Below, piece after piece: positions 47,768-63,389 of a stretch of DNA of 64,000 bases. Position 1 is the stretch's first letter. The number at the start of each line of letters is the position of its first letter. Under the pieces are notes generated by a model. That model was not told the DNA's origin and ran no database searches. It saw only the letters and a program-made list of their open reading frames with translations. The DNA lies in NCBI GenBank assembly GCA_951406725.2, contig OX597822.1, positions 110,112,001 to 110,176,000 on the forward strand. Reading direction: 5' to 3'. The position numbers and the translations under genes are program-made. This DNA comes from Octopus vulgaris (Eukaryota).

Positions 47768-47985
47768 TTTTCTTTACTACTCTATGCACAAGGCCCGAAA
47801 TGTCGGTAGAGGGTGCCAGTCAATTAGATCGACCCCAGTACGCAACTAGTACTTAATTTATCGACCCCGAAAGGATGAAAGGCAAAGTCGACCTCGGCGG
47901 AATTTGAACTCAGAACGTAACGGCTGACGAAATACGGCTACGCATTTCGCCCGGTGTGCTAACGTTTCTGCCAGCTCGCCGCCTT
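47768..47985 (-). mobile_element. tRNA-SINE (Meta-like core family)
   Basis: Head AGGCGGCGAGCTGGCAG, B-box, TSD AACATACATACAT. Confidence 0.85.
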
Positions 47986-48624
47986 AACATACATACATAT
48001 TTACATATATATGTCATTTTTATTTTCACGTGCCTTAAGTATGTCGTATAAATTGAAATTATTAAGTCTATTTATAAATACACTAATCGGCCACCATTTT
48101 TTTTTAGCGTGAACAACGAAAATCGTTCAATGAAAGTAACAAATATGTTTATCACTAGCTTCCCGTGTTCAGCTATCGTCTGTCTCCCTCTTAATCTTAT
48201 ATCTCAGTTCTAAAAGCTCTAGTAATTCCACGATTCATACTCTGGCAAAATATTTTGATGATATTCATATCGCCATAAAATACTTTATTGGTATATTGAA
48301 CGCTATAACAAATTCGTAGATATTCAGTTTGATAAAGGTATTTCACCAATATATATCTGCATAGAAGTGATTAAGGCTATTCAATATGATAAAGATATGT
48401 TATTGATATTCGTTCCGATAAAAACATAATCTGTCGATATCCATTATTGTGAAGACATTTTATTCAAATCGTCAGGCTACAAAACACTTTATAAAAACAA
48501 CCGGAGACAAAGACTAGCACATTGTGCTCTCTTTGTTGCTATAACAACACATTATGGCAAAAGTTTAACGCGATTTCTTCATAATATTTACTTCCAATAT
48601 TTCCCTCTCCATTTTATTTCCCAC

Positions 48625-49027
<403 letters not shown>

Positions 49028-49604
49028 ATACTATTCTTTAAGTCTTATCAGTTTATAATTTACTCGAAGGTATATTCATGCATATCAGCAAAAATGTTTA
49101 TGAAATCAATGAAATTTTACAGACTCAAGGATTAAGATTATATATTTACGATACCTTATTGTATATACAAAACGGTTTACTATTGGAAGGAATGTTTTTA
49201 ATGCTGTAACTTATATAGCAAAAAAGACTTTGTTTTTGGTACACTGAGAAGAAACAGCACAATTTATTTGGTTACAAGGCATAACCAAACTATTTGAGAT
49301 GTTGTTGTTAGCATTGTTATACACTCATATTTACAAAATATTCGTGATGTACTTGTTAACATCCTCATACTCTCATATTCTCCAAGTACTCATGATGTTG
49401 TTAGCGTTTTTTGTACATTCACATTTCTAAATTATTTGTCAAAAGAATGTATTTACAGCAACTTACATTTAAGAAACGGTTAACAGGGACTTCGAAGCTT
49501 CGGCTTGTTCGCCTTCATCTGACAAAGACAAGCAAGCTGAAGTGACAAAGTCACTGCCAATGAGTGCTTTGTAAAAGTTTAACAAATATGTTAAATAAAA
49601 AAAA

Positions 49605-49832
49605 GGATAAAAAACCTTGCCGGATGATATAGACCCATAGTGCCGGTTTCCGTGGTGCATATATTCCACACCTGGAGGGGACACAAGTCCATAGCAGGAT
49701 TACTCAATCTTTCCAGCTGAGTGGACTGGAGCAACGTGAAAGCTAACGGCTTCATTCAAGTGATTTCCCGTCCAGGAATCGAAACCACAGTGTTGATTCT
49801 AACACCTTAACCACTAAGCCACACACCTCCAC
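49605..49832 (-). mobile_element. Diverged V-like SINE copy
   Basis: CCAGCTGAGTGGACTGGAGCAACGTGAA and AACCACTAAGCCAC shared with 63054-63308. Confidence 0.7.
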
Positions 49833-49963
49833 GAACAAACGTACTCTACTAAAGAGTATTGAGTCATCTTCAGTTTAATGGTCTTGGAAGTATTCCATGG
49901 TAGTCTGAAACAAGCACATTAGTACTGGTGGGATTCAATTATATAATCGAAGAAGCTGTATAA

Positions 49964-50313
<350 letters not shown>

Positions 50314-51127
50314 TATAATTTAGGGTATCTAAGAGATACTACCATGCTGAAAATAGCAGCCAATATTTTACTCTAAAACCACGTTAAATGCCCATACAGC
50401 ATAAGGAGAGATGACAAAAAGACAATTACCTTTGAAGGTTTGTATTTCCATGCTGGCCACTTGATAAGATCATTATTTAATTTAAATTAGCGATCTTGTC
50501 CTTATATATATATATATACATATATATATATCTGTGTGTGTATATATATACACATGCGCACATATAAAAAAACGGAAATTAGAGCAGTGCATCCTTTTTC
50601 GGTGACAGAATTTGGTTATTTCGAATATGAAAAATCCCATTGTTCGATCTAATGTATTGTTTTATTTAAAATATTTGTTCGTTAAATTTCTTCAAAGATA
50701 AATTGTGTGTTTTTGTCAAAAGATTCTTCAGAGAAATGAAGTATGCAAATGTGTAGGTCTTTTTTTGTTTCATGGCGTCATTAGCATTAATTAACTTGTT
50801 TTTATGAAAAGTTGCCAGAGAACATTGCTCCTGAGTTCATATCAAAGTAGATATTGATTGTTGATGATTAACTAGTGACGCTTGCAATTATATTTCATTG
50901 GAATAACTGGCACCCTCTATAAAAAAAACAACAAAAGCAACTAAGAATAAACAATGAAATCAATAATAAAATATAGAACTATTTGGAGCCTAATCTATCT
51001 GAAGATTAATAGTGTTGATTGGAAGATAGAAAAAAGTATTCAAAAGGTTATCAGTTCCGTGGAGTTGGTTGACATAACGTAAACAAGGAATAGTAAAGCG
51101 TGACTGAAAAGATTTTACGGTAAATAT

Positions 51128-51276
51128 GAGTGGCTGTGTGGTAAGTAGCTTGCTTACCAACCACATAGTTCCGGGTTCAGTCCCACTGCATGGCACCTTG
51201 GGCAAGTGTCTTCTACTATAGCCTCGGGCCAACCAAAGTGGATTTGGTAGGCGGAAACTGAAAGAAGCCCGTTGTA
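51128..51276 (+). mobile_element. CORE-like tRNA-SINE 5' half
   Basis: TGGCTGTGTGGTAA A-box, GGTTCAGTCCC B-box, ACCTTGGGCAAGT core. Confidence 0.8.
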
Positions 51277-51369
51277 TACATACATACATACATACATTAC
51301 ATACATACATACATACGTTGGCGATTTTTTTCCTCCGTCTCCCATTCTCTGGATCTTTCCTTTTCCTAT

Positions 51370-51404
51370 GTTTCTGACGAAGAGCTCCGCTCGAAACTTT
51401 AAAC
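51370..51404 (+). ncRNA. Minimal hammerhead motif (stem III mutated)
   Basis: GTTT-CTGACGA-A-GAGC[TCC]GCTC-GAAA-CT-TT-AAAC, inside a ~190-bp unit (51315-51505) between microsatellites. Confidence 0.65.
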
Positions 51405-51529
51405 CCGCCTTCTTCCCTTCCTTCCTGAGCATCCAATAATACTATATTTGTTCTACGTCCTCGCGTTATTGTGTTTTCTCTTTGTGTTTTCATGTTTGGA
51501 TTAACTATATATATATCATTCATATTCCC

Positions 51530-51780
51530 CCTTCTCTTTCTTCTTCTTCCTCTTCTTCATCATCATCATTATCATCATCATCATTGTCATCATCATCAAC
51601 ATCATCATCATCTTCTTCTTCTTCTTCTCCTTCTTCTCCTTCTCTTCTTCTTCTTCTCCTTCTTCTTCTTCTTCTTCATCATCAACATCGTCATCATCAT
51701 CATCATCATCATATTCTTCTTCTTCTTCTTCTTCTTCTTCTTCTTCTTCTTCTTCTTCTTCTGCTCCACCTTCTACTTCT
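51530..51780. repeat. (TTC)n/(CAT)n microsatellite
   Basis: Direct observation. Confidence 0.95.
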
Positions 51781-52139
51781 TAACTTTATCACTAATGCTT
51801 TTTAGTATAACACCTACGCAAATTCTATAAACAAACCTTTCAATAGAAATATTCTCATGAATTGAACAGCAACTGCTAGCCGCCACTGACCATTCAAAAT
51901 ACGACAATCAAGGCACTCCCAAATTTTCCCACCCAATTAACAAACAAATTAATTCTATAATTTTGTTTGTTAATTCTTTAATTTATTTTCCATTGCTTTC
52001 GTTTTAGCCTTTCGTTTTTTTTTCTTAATTGTTATCTTTAAATTAATTTAACAATTAAGAAAAAGAAAACGAAAGGCAAAAATTTAGGCTGAGGGTGAGA
52101 GTGAGGGTGAGGGTGTTCTCTCAGTTTTAGACGCAGCAA

Positions 52140-52340
52140 ATGATTTTATCTCAATTAGAGGCAACTGATTGGTTAAAATTCGAAAAATTAAACTACGGTA
52201 AACAAACGAATTACTATTTTCTCAAGAAAGCCAAGAGAAAAACTGTTTTATTTTGACAAATTCTACCAGTATACGAAGTTTTAAAGCGTTTAGTTAAGTA
52301 GAAATTGTGTTGATATGTGCCGTTCAAAAGGAAAAGATCC
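52140..52340. mobile_element. Orphan right TIR related to the 5021/20109 TIRs
   Basis: ATTGGTTAAAATTCGAA...TTCTACCAGTATACGAAGTTT...TTTAGTTAA...AAAAGATCC. Confidence 0.7.
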
Positions 52341-53352
52341 AAGACATTGATAAAAATTAAAGTTGGAAGAGGACCCCCATGGATAGAACCTGAGTGGGTA
52401 ACAGTGGCCATTTTTGACTCGAAGCTGCAGAAAGGAAGCCCAGAGATTCAGCTGGTAAGCAAAACCGAATGCGGGAACTTCTGGGGTATGGCATTGAAAT
52501 AATCGGATCCATAATCCCAGAATATTATAAGGAAGTGCCCGAAGCGATAGAGATGCTGACAGGAGAGAGGCTGAAAATAATTATTACAGGAAGGCCACCA
52601 AGGTGTTACAGGTGCGGACTAAGAGGGCAGAAAATAAAAAAAATTGTGGTAAATCAGCTAAGGAGGTAACAAGAGATATACAAGAAGAAATAATGGAAGA
52701 ACAAAGGGAAAGAGAACTGGCAGCAAAAGAAAAACAGGCAGAAAACAGAAAGACTAGAAGAGACAAAAAGCAGAAAGCATGAAAGAAAGAAGTAAGCGAT
52801 AACAGCAAAAACAAAAAGGTGAAAGAGTATGGAAGAAGGAATGCAACAAGAAGCAGAAAACGAAGAAGAACTAATAACAGAGATATCAGAAGGGGAGGAG
52901 GAGGTGCAAAGCGACAAGGAAATCGCGGAAAAGAGCCAGGAGGCGTATGACAAAGGTGTACAGAAGAAAGGTGGGGAATTGCAGTCGGATGGAGATACAG
53001 GCAAGCAAGAATGCGAAGAAATACAGACAGACGAATTACAGTGGAGAGGAATACTAGAACAACAAGGAAATGGAATATGAAAGAAACATCGAGGGAAATA
53101 AACACTATGAAGAAAAACAAAACAGATAGGATGAAAAAATGGTGAGTATGATAAATTTGTGGAGAAACAAAAGAGAAAAAAAAGGACATGAACATTGTAA
53201 ATTATGTTAAACAAAAAGGAAATAATGAAAAAAGAACTGATGGATGGACAAGTATTAAAAGTTGTGAAAAAGAGAAAAAAGTTTAATTTTCTGTGGTAAA
53301 AGGACACATATGAACGGTTAAATGAAAGGAAAGGTCACAGTTTCGCATTGTA
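52341..53352 (+). pseudogene. Second gag/ORF1-like zinc-knuckle pseudogene, 5' cut by the TIR element, no ORF2
   Basis: KIKVGRGPPWIEPEWVTVAIF and ITGRPPRCYRCGLRGQ...C parallel the motifs of 669-1989. E/K-rich tail. Confidence 0.65.
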
Positions 53353-53622
53353 GCGAAACTAGAGGTAGTTGTAAAGTCAATTGTAAAGTCTAATTGTTAA
53401 GTTAATTTTAAAGTTTAATTGTATGTTTAATCATAAAGTCTAATTGTAAAGGTATTCACAGTTCATCTCGCAGCGGGAGTGAGGTGGCCGTCTCATTTGC
53501 TTCATATTTATGCTCATTTCATTTATCATTTTTCATTGGTCTTCATGTCCCCGCATGTCAGTTGTATGTCCCTTCTATATATCAAGCCTCGTGCCTATAA
53601 TAAAGAAATAACCGGTGATTGT

Positions 53623-53667
53623 CACACGCTGATGACGGGTCAATACCCAGAAACTCGAGTCCGTGTG
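53623..53667 (+). ncRNA. Type I hammerhead ribozyme motif
   Basis: CACACG-CTGATGA-C-GGGT[CAAT]ACCC-A-GAAA-CTCGAG-TC-CGTGTG: perfect 6-bp stem I, palindromic stem III, GUC site at 53659-53661. Confidence 0.85.
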
Positions 53668-53862
53668 TATCATACAGGTTGAAGATGGGAAGGATGGCTT
53701 CCCTTGGAAAATACTGATAGGCACAGAATGTGTGTCAATAGCCAGCTGGAGGAGGTGTCCTCCTGGGACTACAAGCTACAGTAGCATCCACATTTAAGTG
53801 GCAAATATACTTCACGATGTCGTGCAGTTACTGTTTATACCTGGGTCAGAGATTTATTATTG

Positions 53863-54760
<898 letters not shown>

Positions 54761-55754
54761 TATATATGTATATACATATTCATATGTTTACTCAACTCTC
54801 TCTATCTGAATATACATACATACATACATATACATATATATATATTTATATCATATAACATATGATATATATATATATATATATATCATATAATATATGA
54901 CAGTAAACTAAAGTAGTGGTCCTATGAAAATTTAGCTCCGAGCCAATAAATAGAAACCTACGTACTCAATATTTTTTCTCATTCTATATATAATGGTCGC
55001 ATATTTTAAGCATATAGAATTAATAATACGACAATAGGTATAATAAGTTCATGTTGAGCTGACGTAACATTTCAATATGTCTTTTTTTTATCAATATTAC
55101 TGACAATTCGACAAATAAAATATGTTTCCAAGATGATATTATTTATATCTAACATTTCCAGTTTCTTTATTCTCAAGGATTAATTCAGAGATCACGTATA
55201 AAAAAAGTGTCTAGAGAATGTCTTTTGAAATAGATTTCAAAAGTTGAAAGTAAAATTTAGAAAGTTAATGCAACATACTTAAGACTAGTTCTGAGCTATG
55301 AGAGACTGTGTCAAGTTTTGCGGCGTATTCAATGAACAGCTATTCAATGCAGCTTTTCATTACAGTTTCCGCAATGACGTTAGAATATTAAAAGACATTT
55401 CATAATTTATGTTGTTTTTGTGGCTTTGTGTCTAATGTAGTTTAATATTTCATTTTGAAATGGAATGTTACATAGTTTTTCTTTAAAGTGCCTTGCAGTA
55501 GATGCCTTGTTTCTGCGGTATTGTTATGAATTTTGCAATTTCTGTATAAACATTTTAAAGTAACTGACAACACTTAGTTCCACGTTAGTTTTTAGATTTG
55601 CGGTCGTTTTTCTTGCGACCTTTTTGTTTAATGGACACAACAGCGCACGTATTGAATCGATATTTTCTGTTGATCATGCTCAATGGAAGACGTAAAAATT
55701 TGTTACAGATATTGCTGTCCGTTATTCAAAATCATTAATATCAATGGTTTGTTA

Positions 55755-55775
55755 TCATTATTATTATTATTATTA

Positions 55776-55821
<46 letters not shown>

Positions 55822-55823
55822 CA
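55755..55823. repeat. (ATT)n microsatellite
   Basis: Direct observation. Confidence 0.95.
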
Positions 55824-56485
55824 TTCAAGACTTTTCGGTTTGGTTCCTGTTAAGGTATGTATTATAACTATATTGTTTGAGTGATTGTTATAAAGTTATT
55901 AACGATGTCGAATTATCAGAACTAGAATTCGGCTGGTATAGACTATTGTTTCCTCTTTCCAGTCCATGAATTTATTCATGAATGCATAGAAAATATAAGT
56001 TCGCTCAATAGAGGAAATGCAGATGGAATTATTTTACTATAATCAAAGAATGGTAAAAATATATTCTCTCGCTGTCGATAAATTAATTTGGCAGTGACAA
56101 GCCTGATCGACACGATAAAATTAATGTTATATATAAAAGGCTATCAAGGTGGACGCAGGAACATTATAGGCTTGGAAAATTCAAATGTTATTGAATATAG
56201 AAATGGACACAACATTCTACAAGTAATGTTAATTGTGTGTGTGTGTGTGTAAGCATTTATGTATGTATGTGTGAGAGTGTTTGCGTGTGCGCATGCAAGT
56301 ATATATGAGTTTTATCATGGCTACCGAATTATTGTAACATATTATATTTACAGATAAATTCCTCTAATTACTTAATATCGAGGTCTCTTTCATTTTTTTG
56401 TTGTCTTAACCTTTTTTATCAATATATATATATATATCGTTAGCCACTTCACACATTCTTTTCTCTCCTTGTTTTTTCTGTGTCC

Positions 56486-56521
56486 CTTTCTGTAGAAGAG
56501 CGTAGGCTCGAAACGTAAAAG
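56486..56521 (+). ncRNA. Minimal hammerhead variant (CUGUAGA core)
   Basis: CTTT-CTGTAGA-A-GAGC[GTAG]GCTC-GAAA-CG-TA-AAAG; unit homologous to 31690-31878. Confidence 0.65.
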
Positions 56522-56608
56522 ACTTTTTCTATTCATGAGCATTATACTAATACATCTGTTTGTTTTGTACACCACCTGTCTTCGTCTTTTGTTTTTTTCG
56601 TAAACTCT

Positions 56609-56672
<64 letters not shown>

Positions 56673-56899
56673 TGAGGACTCAACTTTGGGGTACAAACTG
56701 TTAAACCATTCCAAAAATGTTTATTTTCTCTGACTCACCTCAAAAATTCTTTTCTAATATTTCTAATATTTGATAAGATGGATGCATCGAGACCAGTAAT
56801 ATTTCATTAAATATTCTCAAAAATATACTTCTGTACCTTTTCCAACTTATTTATTTTTTTAACGATAATTTCTGATTTGTAAGGACTCTTAACCACTTT

Positions 56900-57180
56900 T
56901 CATATGTACTATGTCAACTTGCTGAGGCAGTTAGGAAAGGAAGGGATCTTATTTCATCAGGACAACACCCCGTCACACAAGGCCTTGGTTTCAATAATCG
57001 TTGCGCGTGACCGAGGCTTTGAATTGGTTGATCACACTTCCTATTCTCCTGAATTGGTCCCATCTGACCATCATTTGTTCCTAAAATGAAAAACCTCTTG
57101 TCTGGGAACTAGTATCGCCGTGATGATGACGTCATATTTTCTATAGATGACTTTTTTGAGGAACAAGATGGAAGCCTTAT
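56900..57180 (+). pseudogene. Mariner transposase C-terminal fragment
   Basis: ILFHQDNTPSH...GFELVDHTSYSPELVPSDHHLF (HDNA..H / YSPDLAPSD). Confidence 0.85.
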
Positions 57181-57712
57181 TATGAGGTAAATTTTAGCTT
57201 TAGCTTTTTTTTTAGGAATTTGATCTGGGACTAAAATCATTTTTTCGCTCTAATAAACTTGGATAGGATTTCTTATATGATTTTATATAGTCCTAATCCA
57301 GCCAAGAAACGCGCGTAGTCAATGTACAAATACTTACTTTTATACATTATATTATTGTATTAATTTTTATTGTTCAATTTATACTTTGTTTGATTTTAGA
57401 TTAATATTTTTATGATGAATGTCTCTTTGTATGGTATTCGGTATGATTTTAAAAGTATTTGCTTTTATATATTATATGATTGTAATAATATTAATGTCCA
57501 ATATTATATATTATTAAAATTTTAGATTAGTATTTTGTACGGTATATGTCTCACAGCATGGTTTTGGACGGGTTCTTCATTGACTGAGTTGTGGAATGGT
57601 GGTTCGTCTCTAAATTGGTTATATACATATTTTATATATTCTAATATTATTAAAATTACGGTTTCACTAAATTTTACTTGTAACGTTGGAATAATAATTT
57701 ATTCCCTAATAT

Positions 57713-57775
<63 letters not shown>

Positions 57776-57788
57776 TGCAACACGAAGT

Positions 57789-57839
57789 TTTGTCAGTAAA
57801 CAGGTCGCGGTCTCAAAGCGACGAAAATATTTTGACAAA
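57789..57839 (+). ncRNA. G3-C8 hammerhead variant, G5A-mutated copy
   Basis: TTTGTCA-GTAAACA-G-GTCGC[GGTCTCAAA]GCGAC-GAAA-ATAT-TT-TGACAAA. Confidence 0.55.
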
Positions 57840-57871
57840 TTAAATTTAAATGTTGAAGTGAATCTAACGGT

Positions 57872-58005
57872 TTTTGTGTGTTTCTTAAATGGCTTATAAG
57901 CACCTCCCACGCCGCAATTGTTTTCGTTCCAGCACACGATCTCAAATATATATATATATATATATATATATGTGTATATATGTATATATAAATATATACA
58001 TACAT

Positions 58006-58037
<32 letters not shown>

Positions 58038-58211
58038 TCTACATACACATACACACACACACACTCACACACACAGGCGCACCCCACCAGCACACACAGG
58101 GTACGGAAAATAACACTAACATCACATTTGAACAGATATATTTTGTGTGTTTCTTAAATTGCTTATAAACACCTCCCACGCCGCAATTGTTTTCGTTCCA
58201 GCACACGATCT

Positions 58212-58263
<52 letters not shown>

Positions 58264-58276
58264 AATATATACATAC

Positions 58277-58325
<49 letters not shown>

Positions 58326-58410
58326 ACATACACATAAACACACAGTCGCACCCCACCAGCACACGCAGGGTACGGAAAATAACACTAACATCACATTTGA
58401 ACAGATATAT
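57872..58410 (+). repeat. Tandem duplication (~270-bp unit x2)
   Basis: TTTTGTGTGTTTCTTAAAT..CTTATAA...GATCTCAAA(TA)n...CAGGGTACGGAAAATAACACTAACATCACATTTGAACAGATATA occurs twice. Confidence 0.85.
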
Positions 58411-59082
58411 TGGTGAATGCTGCCATAATCTTTGCCTTCAGTTCATCTTTGGTGTTACAAGGTGTTTTGTTGGTTTCTCGCTCAATTGCGTCCCATACAT
58501 TATAATAAAGGGAGTTGCAGCCTGGGGAGGTAAATGGCCAGATGTTTGGGGTGATGTGGTCGGAGAAATTGTCTGACAGCCATGACTGGGTTCTCCTCCT
58601 TGTGTGACATGGTGCAGAGGTCTGTTGCCAGACATAGGGTCTTCCAGTAGGCACCCTTTGACCGAGGACACCACTATCTTTTCCAGGAAGTTGATGTAGG
58701 TCTTTGTTGAGTGTGAAACCGTGTGGGAAGATGAATGGCAGCATAACATCGCCATCCTTAGTGATCATTCCAAACACCATGATGTTGACTGGATGTTTGA
58801 TTTTTATCACTCTCGGTACATGTCCTCAAATTGCACTCTCCTCAGATTGACACCCAAACATTCTGAAATGTTCGTATTGGAGCTTTCGGAGCGAATGCCA
58901 AGCAATACAGCATTCACTTCCAAATTTCAGGCAGAGTGAATTGCGTTATTGTGCTGTTTTTCTCACAGGCGGTGCCCAACTGACCCTACTATACTGTGTA
59001 GTCAACAAAATCAAAATAAAAAAATGCGCATGATCGAAATTAAAAGTATAAAATGGCGATAATTTACCCATCGCATCCTCTA
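58366..59082 (-). mobile_element. Internally deleted Tc1/mariner-superfamily (maT/DD37D-like) element
   Basis: KHPVNIMVFG, WQQTSAPCHT..TQSWL..IWP..SP..NSL.YNVW..IE...KDELKAKI. Confidence 0.75.
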
Positions 59083-59885
59083 TACATATCCTTAGATAGA
59101 TACCAGCTTGATGTTGCGGTTTATATGCTCACCTCGCGAACTCCTGACTTCAGATACAGCCCAACTTTGTGCTACCTTGAGCCAGTATCTTGCACACACA
59201 CACACGCACCCGCCCCCCACCACCACACAGAGGTAATTTTGAACAGCATAATCGATGCATCTGCTACAAAGGCACCTTACTTTCAATAGTTTATATTTAA
59301 ATGGGTATCATGCGGAAGTGTTAAACAATGTTTTGAATTTGATTAATATACGGACTCTTAATTTAACGTACACGTTTTTCATTAATTTTCTGGGTTGGTC
59401 TCAAACACTGATTAGCTAAATAAGAAATTGAATTAACGTTTCATTCACTGACAGAGACAAACATGTCGAAAGAAATGAGCTTATCTCTATTGGTATATAG
59501 AATTATTTATTATATTAAGTCGGTGAAGTAACCTATGTCAAAAAGTCATGATTTGTAGTCGTGCTGTCGGTAACGTCAATGTGAAGATACTTTCAGTAAT
59601 GCGTGAAAAAATGACAAAGATAAAAAAATAATACGTAAATCGGTATTTAAAGTAGTAGTTTACTGGTCGCAGTATGTATTTTTTTTGTCATTAAAGTCGA
59701 ATGTGTAGCATCTGAATATGAATACGGAGTTAATAAATCTGATTTAATATTTGGGAATAACCTCTTTACATCAGCAGCACGTCTCACTCAACTTATTGAT
59801 CGACGTACAATATAAAATACAACTTTGCTAACCACGAACTATATAATGTTAAAAATGTCTTTGTTATAAACATGTGATATCTATC

Positions 59886-59926
<41 letters not shown>

Positions 59927-61977
59927 ATTCAATAGCTATGTATCTATCTATATGCATCCACATGAAAATGACAATAGTTGCTTCTCTGACATCTACTTCT
60001 TAAATAGTTTGGTTGCAGAAAGTGACTTATTCAAATATTTTCTTTCCTAGATGTGATGTCATTCATTTCGCAGACAATTATGCCAAAAGAAAGTTTAATT
60101 GCATCAGTAAATATAAAGAAGGAAATAAACATATTTATCCTTCGACACGATATGGGACTAATAAATAAAGTGTCGCCAACCACTGTATGAAGCAGCTATC
60201 AAATCTGACATTTCTATGAAATCCGATAAAAAACTAACTTAAAATAAGTCCTATAACGAAAGAGGAATTGTATAAAAACATTTCAAAACATGATATATAA
60301 ACTCGAGAAAAGTAAAAAAGAGAAGTGATATAACATTTTTTTTCTTCCTATTAGGCTTAAAAATCAATAAGCCGCTAACATCCAACCTTTTTCTTGACAG
60401 AAGAAAGAATAAATACGTTTCTTTCTGTTTGTAATAAGGTGTTCTGTCTCTTGACACTTTTTAATTGAAAATATTTTGCACGGCTATCAATGTCATTCTT
60501 AAGTGCTGAGTTCTGGGTTGATGGTCTGGGACATTTTACTAAATAAATACTTATTAAGTTCCACGATTCATCATAATATTAACCAACTAAATCATTGGAA
60601 AGTAGATCCAAATTGGCATCAATGTCAATAGGTCTATAAATCATTTTTTTTTTTGTTACTTTCTATTTCTCAGACTTGATAAATAAAATAATACAAAATT
60701 CCATATCCAGATGTTAAATTTCCCCCCTTTTTTCTTTTCCACAATCAGAATTTTTGAACTTAGCCATTCAAATTGATCAAATATTTATACACTAAAGTAG
60801 AATTTTAAAAATTTGATAGGTAACACAAGTACGAGAAATTTAGCAATAAAAAATTTTCTCATCTCGTTTGAAAATTTTTGAAAATAATTAACTGTCTAGA
60901 GTTAAAAATAAAAGTTTAAATTTTCTCTGTCACCAACTAAAATGTAATGAATGAAATTATTTATTATTTTATAATAAAATAAAATATTTGAAATCTAGAA
61001 TCTTTTATCAAAAATATTGTGGAAACATTTAATTAGGCCTCGCAACAGGGAATATAAATTAGTTCTTTGTCTGACGTTAAATAATATAGATTCATTGCGC
61101 TTCTTCACAAATACAGATAATAGGGTTGATATAAACACATTTCACAAGAGAATCAAAACAAAAATGTTTTTTTTCTTTAAATTTTTTACTGAAAAACGTT
61201 TATTTGCGTGAGGTGAAGGAGAAATGAAAATTTGCGTTCTGTATTTAATCACACCAAAATTATTATAAAAGAAAGTTATGCTCTAATCATGCTTTTAATT
61301 ACGGGAATTCTGTGTAGGATATTATATACCCATTTGAACTGTAGAGTAAGATTTTAGTTTTTTTTTTTTTTATTTTGAGTGGGATAGAAGGTGTTATTAT
61401 CTGAAGTGTAATGTAATACTTTTAATGGATGTAATGCATTATTTATGATATTAAAAACTGAGGATCAATGATTGGTCGAAATCAACACCAATTACAGCCT
61501 AGATATATTTTAGCACCTTTGCCCTTTATCATGAAACATAAAAACAACTCACCAATTACAAAATGAAGCTTTGTGCTTAAGTTCAACATCATATACATTG
61601 GTCTTTATACTAATCACTGCAGTCCATCAGTTAATTCTTGACTGTGACTCTTTCCTACTTTATTTTATTTCAAATTCATGTAAACTAAACACACTTTCTG
61701 ATTTCACTTCCGTTTGAAACAGTTTATTACTTCAACACTGCAAGCCCACAAAGAGTATAAATGCATATTACTATACACCAAGTTTCTCATGGCTTGATTA
61801 TTTTTTCAATACAATAAAGATGAGCCTATATCTTTGGTTTATAAGATTAATGATTATAACAAAAAAATTCCTAATTAGTTGTCATCTGTTCACTATTTTA
61901 TTTCAATTTATATATTAAGGAAACACACACACACGTAAAGACATAGACACGTAGATACTAACTCGTGCACAGGCACA

Positions 61978-62085
<108 letters not shown>

Positions 62086-62660
62086 TATATATATAAATGT
62101 ATGTATGTGTTTGAGGTGAAAGAGTTGTAGGCATATGACTTGCAACTACAACTTATTGAAGTCAGGAAATTAATTAACTATTTTAATTAATTTCCCTTTC
62201 TTGTGTTTTCCTAAATATAAATTTAATTAGATGTTTTTAACGCATCTTCTAGTGAGTTTAGTAAATTCTTTTCCAATCCATTTTATGTTGGAAGTCGTAT
62301 GCTGAGAAACAGGAGAAAACACTTCCCCACAAACAACCACCAGGATAATTACACCCCCAACTCTCCCTCACACACACGCAAACAGACGCACACATGTACA
62401 CGCACGCACGCACACACACACACAAACACACACTCAAAAAAGGTGATCAAGTATTTACATTGTTAAATTGATAGGAATGAACACTAGGTATGTGACTCCC
62501 TATTTGTTGTAACTAAAAACATATAAAATTGAAGTAATTAAAAAACTGTTGAGTCGTACAATGATGGTGTCCCAACATAAATGTTTTATTATGCTAAAAA
62601 TCAGAAAATGAATGCGGAAAACCTGTTCCATGGTGTGAAGTCTTATATATATATATATAT

Positions 62661-63013
62661 TACATGTTTCAGTCATTTTGACTGCGGCCATGCTGGAGCA
62701 CCGCCTTTAATCGAGCAACTCGACCCCGGGACTTATTCTTGTAGTTTGCCGAACCGCTAAGTTGCGGGGACATAAACACACCAGCATCGATTGTCAAGCA
62801 ATGCTAGGGGGACAAACACAGACACACAAACATACACGCACATACATATATACGACGGGATTCTTTCAGTTTCCGTCTACCAAATCCATACACAAGGCTT
62901 TGGTCGGCCCGAGGCTATAGTAGAAGACACTTGCCTAAGCTGCCACGCAGTGGGAATGAACCCGGAACCATGTGGTGTGTAAACAAGCTACTTACCACAC
63001 AGCCACTCCTGCG

Positions 63014-63016
<3 letters not shown>
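62661..63016 (-). mobile_element. Full CORE-like tRNA-SINE
   Basis: Head AGGCGCAGGAGTGGCTGTGTGGTAAG, B-box GGTTCATTCCC, tail ATGACTGAAACATGTA. Confidence 0.85.
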
Positions 63017-63053
<37 letters not shown>

Positions 63054-63058
<5 letters not shown>

Positions 63059-63308
63059 AATGCGCCCTTTTAAAGCCTAGCCAGGCTCATGGGCCCGGTT
63101 TCCCGGTTTCAATGGCGTATGTGTTCCCCAGATGGACGGGACACCAGTCCATCGCAGCGTTACTCATTGTTGCCAGCTGAGTGGACTGGAGCAACGTGAA
63201 ATGAAGTGTTTTGCTCAAGAACACAACGCGTCGCCCGGTCCAGGGATCGAAACCACAATCTTACGATCAAGATGCTAACACTCTAACCACTAAGCCACGC
63301 GCCTCCAC
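63054..63308 (-). mobile_element. Full V-like tRNA-SINE
   Basis: Reverse complement closely matches 45447-45699. Confidence 0.9.
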
Positions 63309-63389
63309 TGCATATGTATGTGTGTGTGTGTGTGTGTGTATAATAAATTTAAAAGGATGGCTTATTAATAATTAGAATCTAAAGGCAAG

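Noticed and set aside
52584-53307. Two ~200-aa Phe/Ser/Leu-rich minus-strand ORFs resembling membrane proteins
   Set aside because: Antisense of the purine-rich E/K tail of the gag-like pseudogene.
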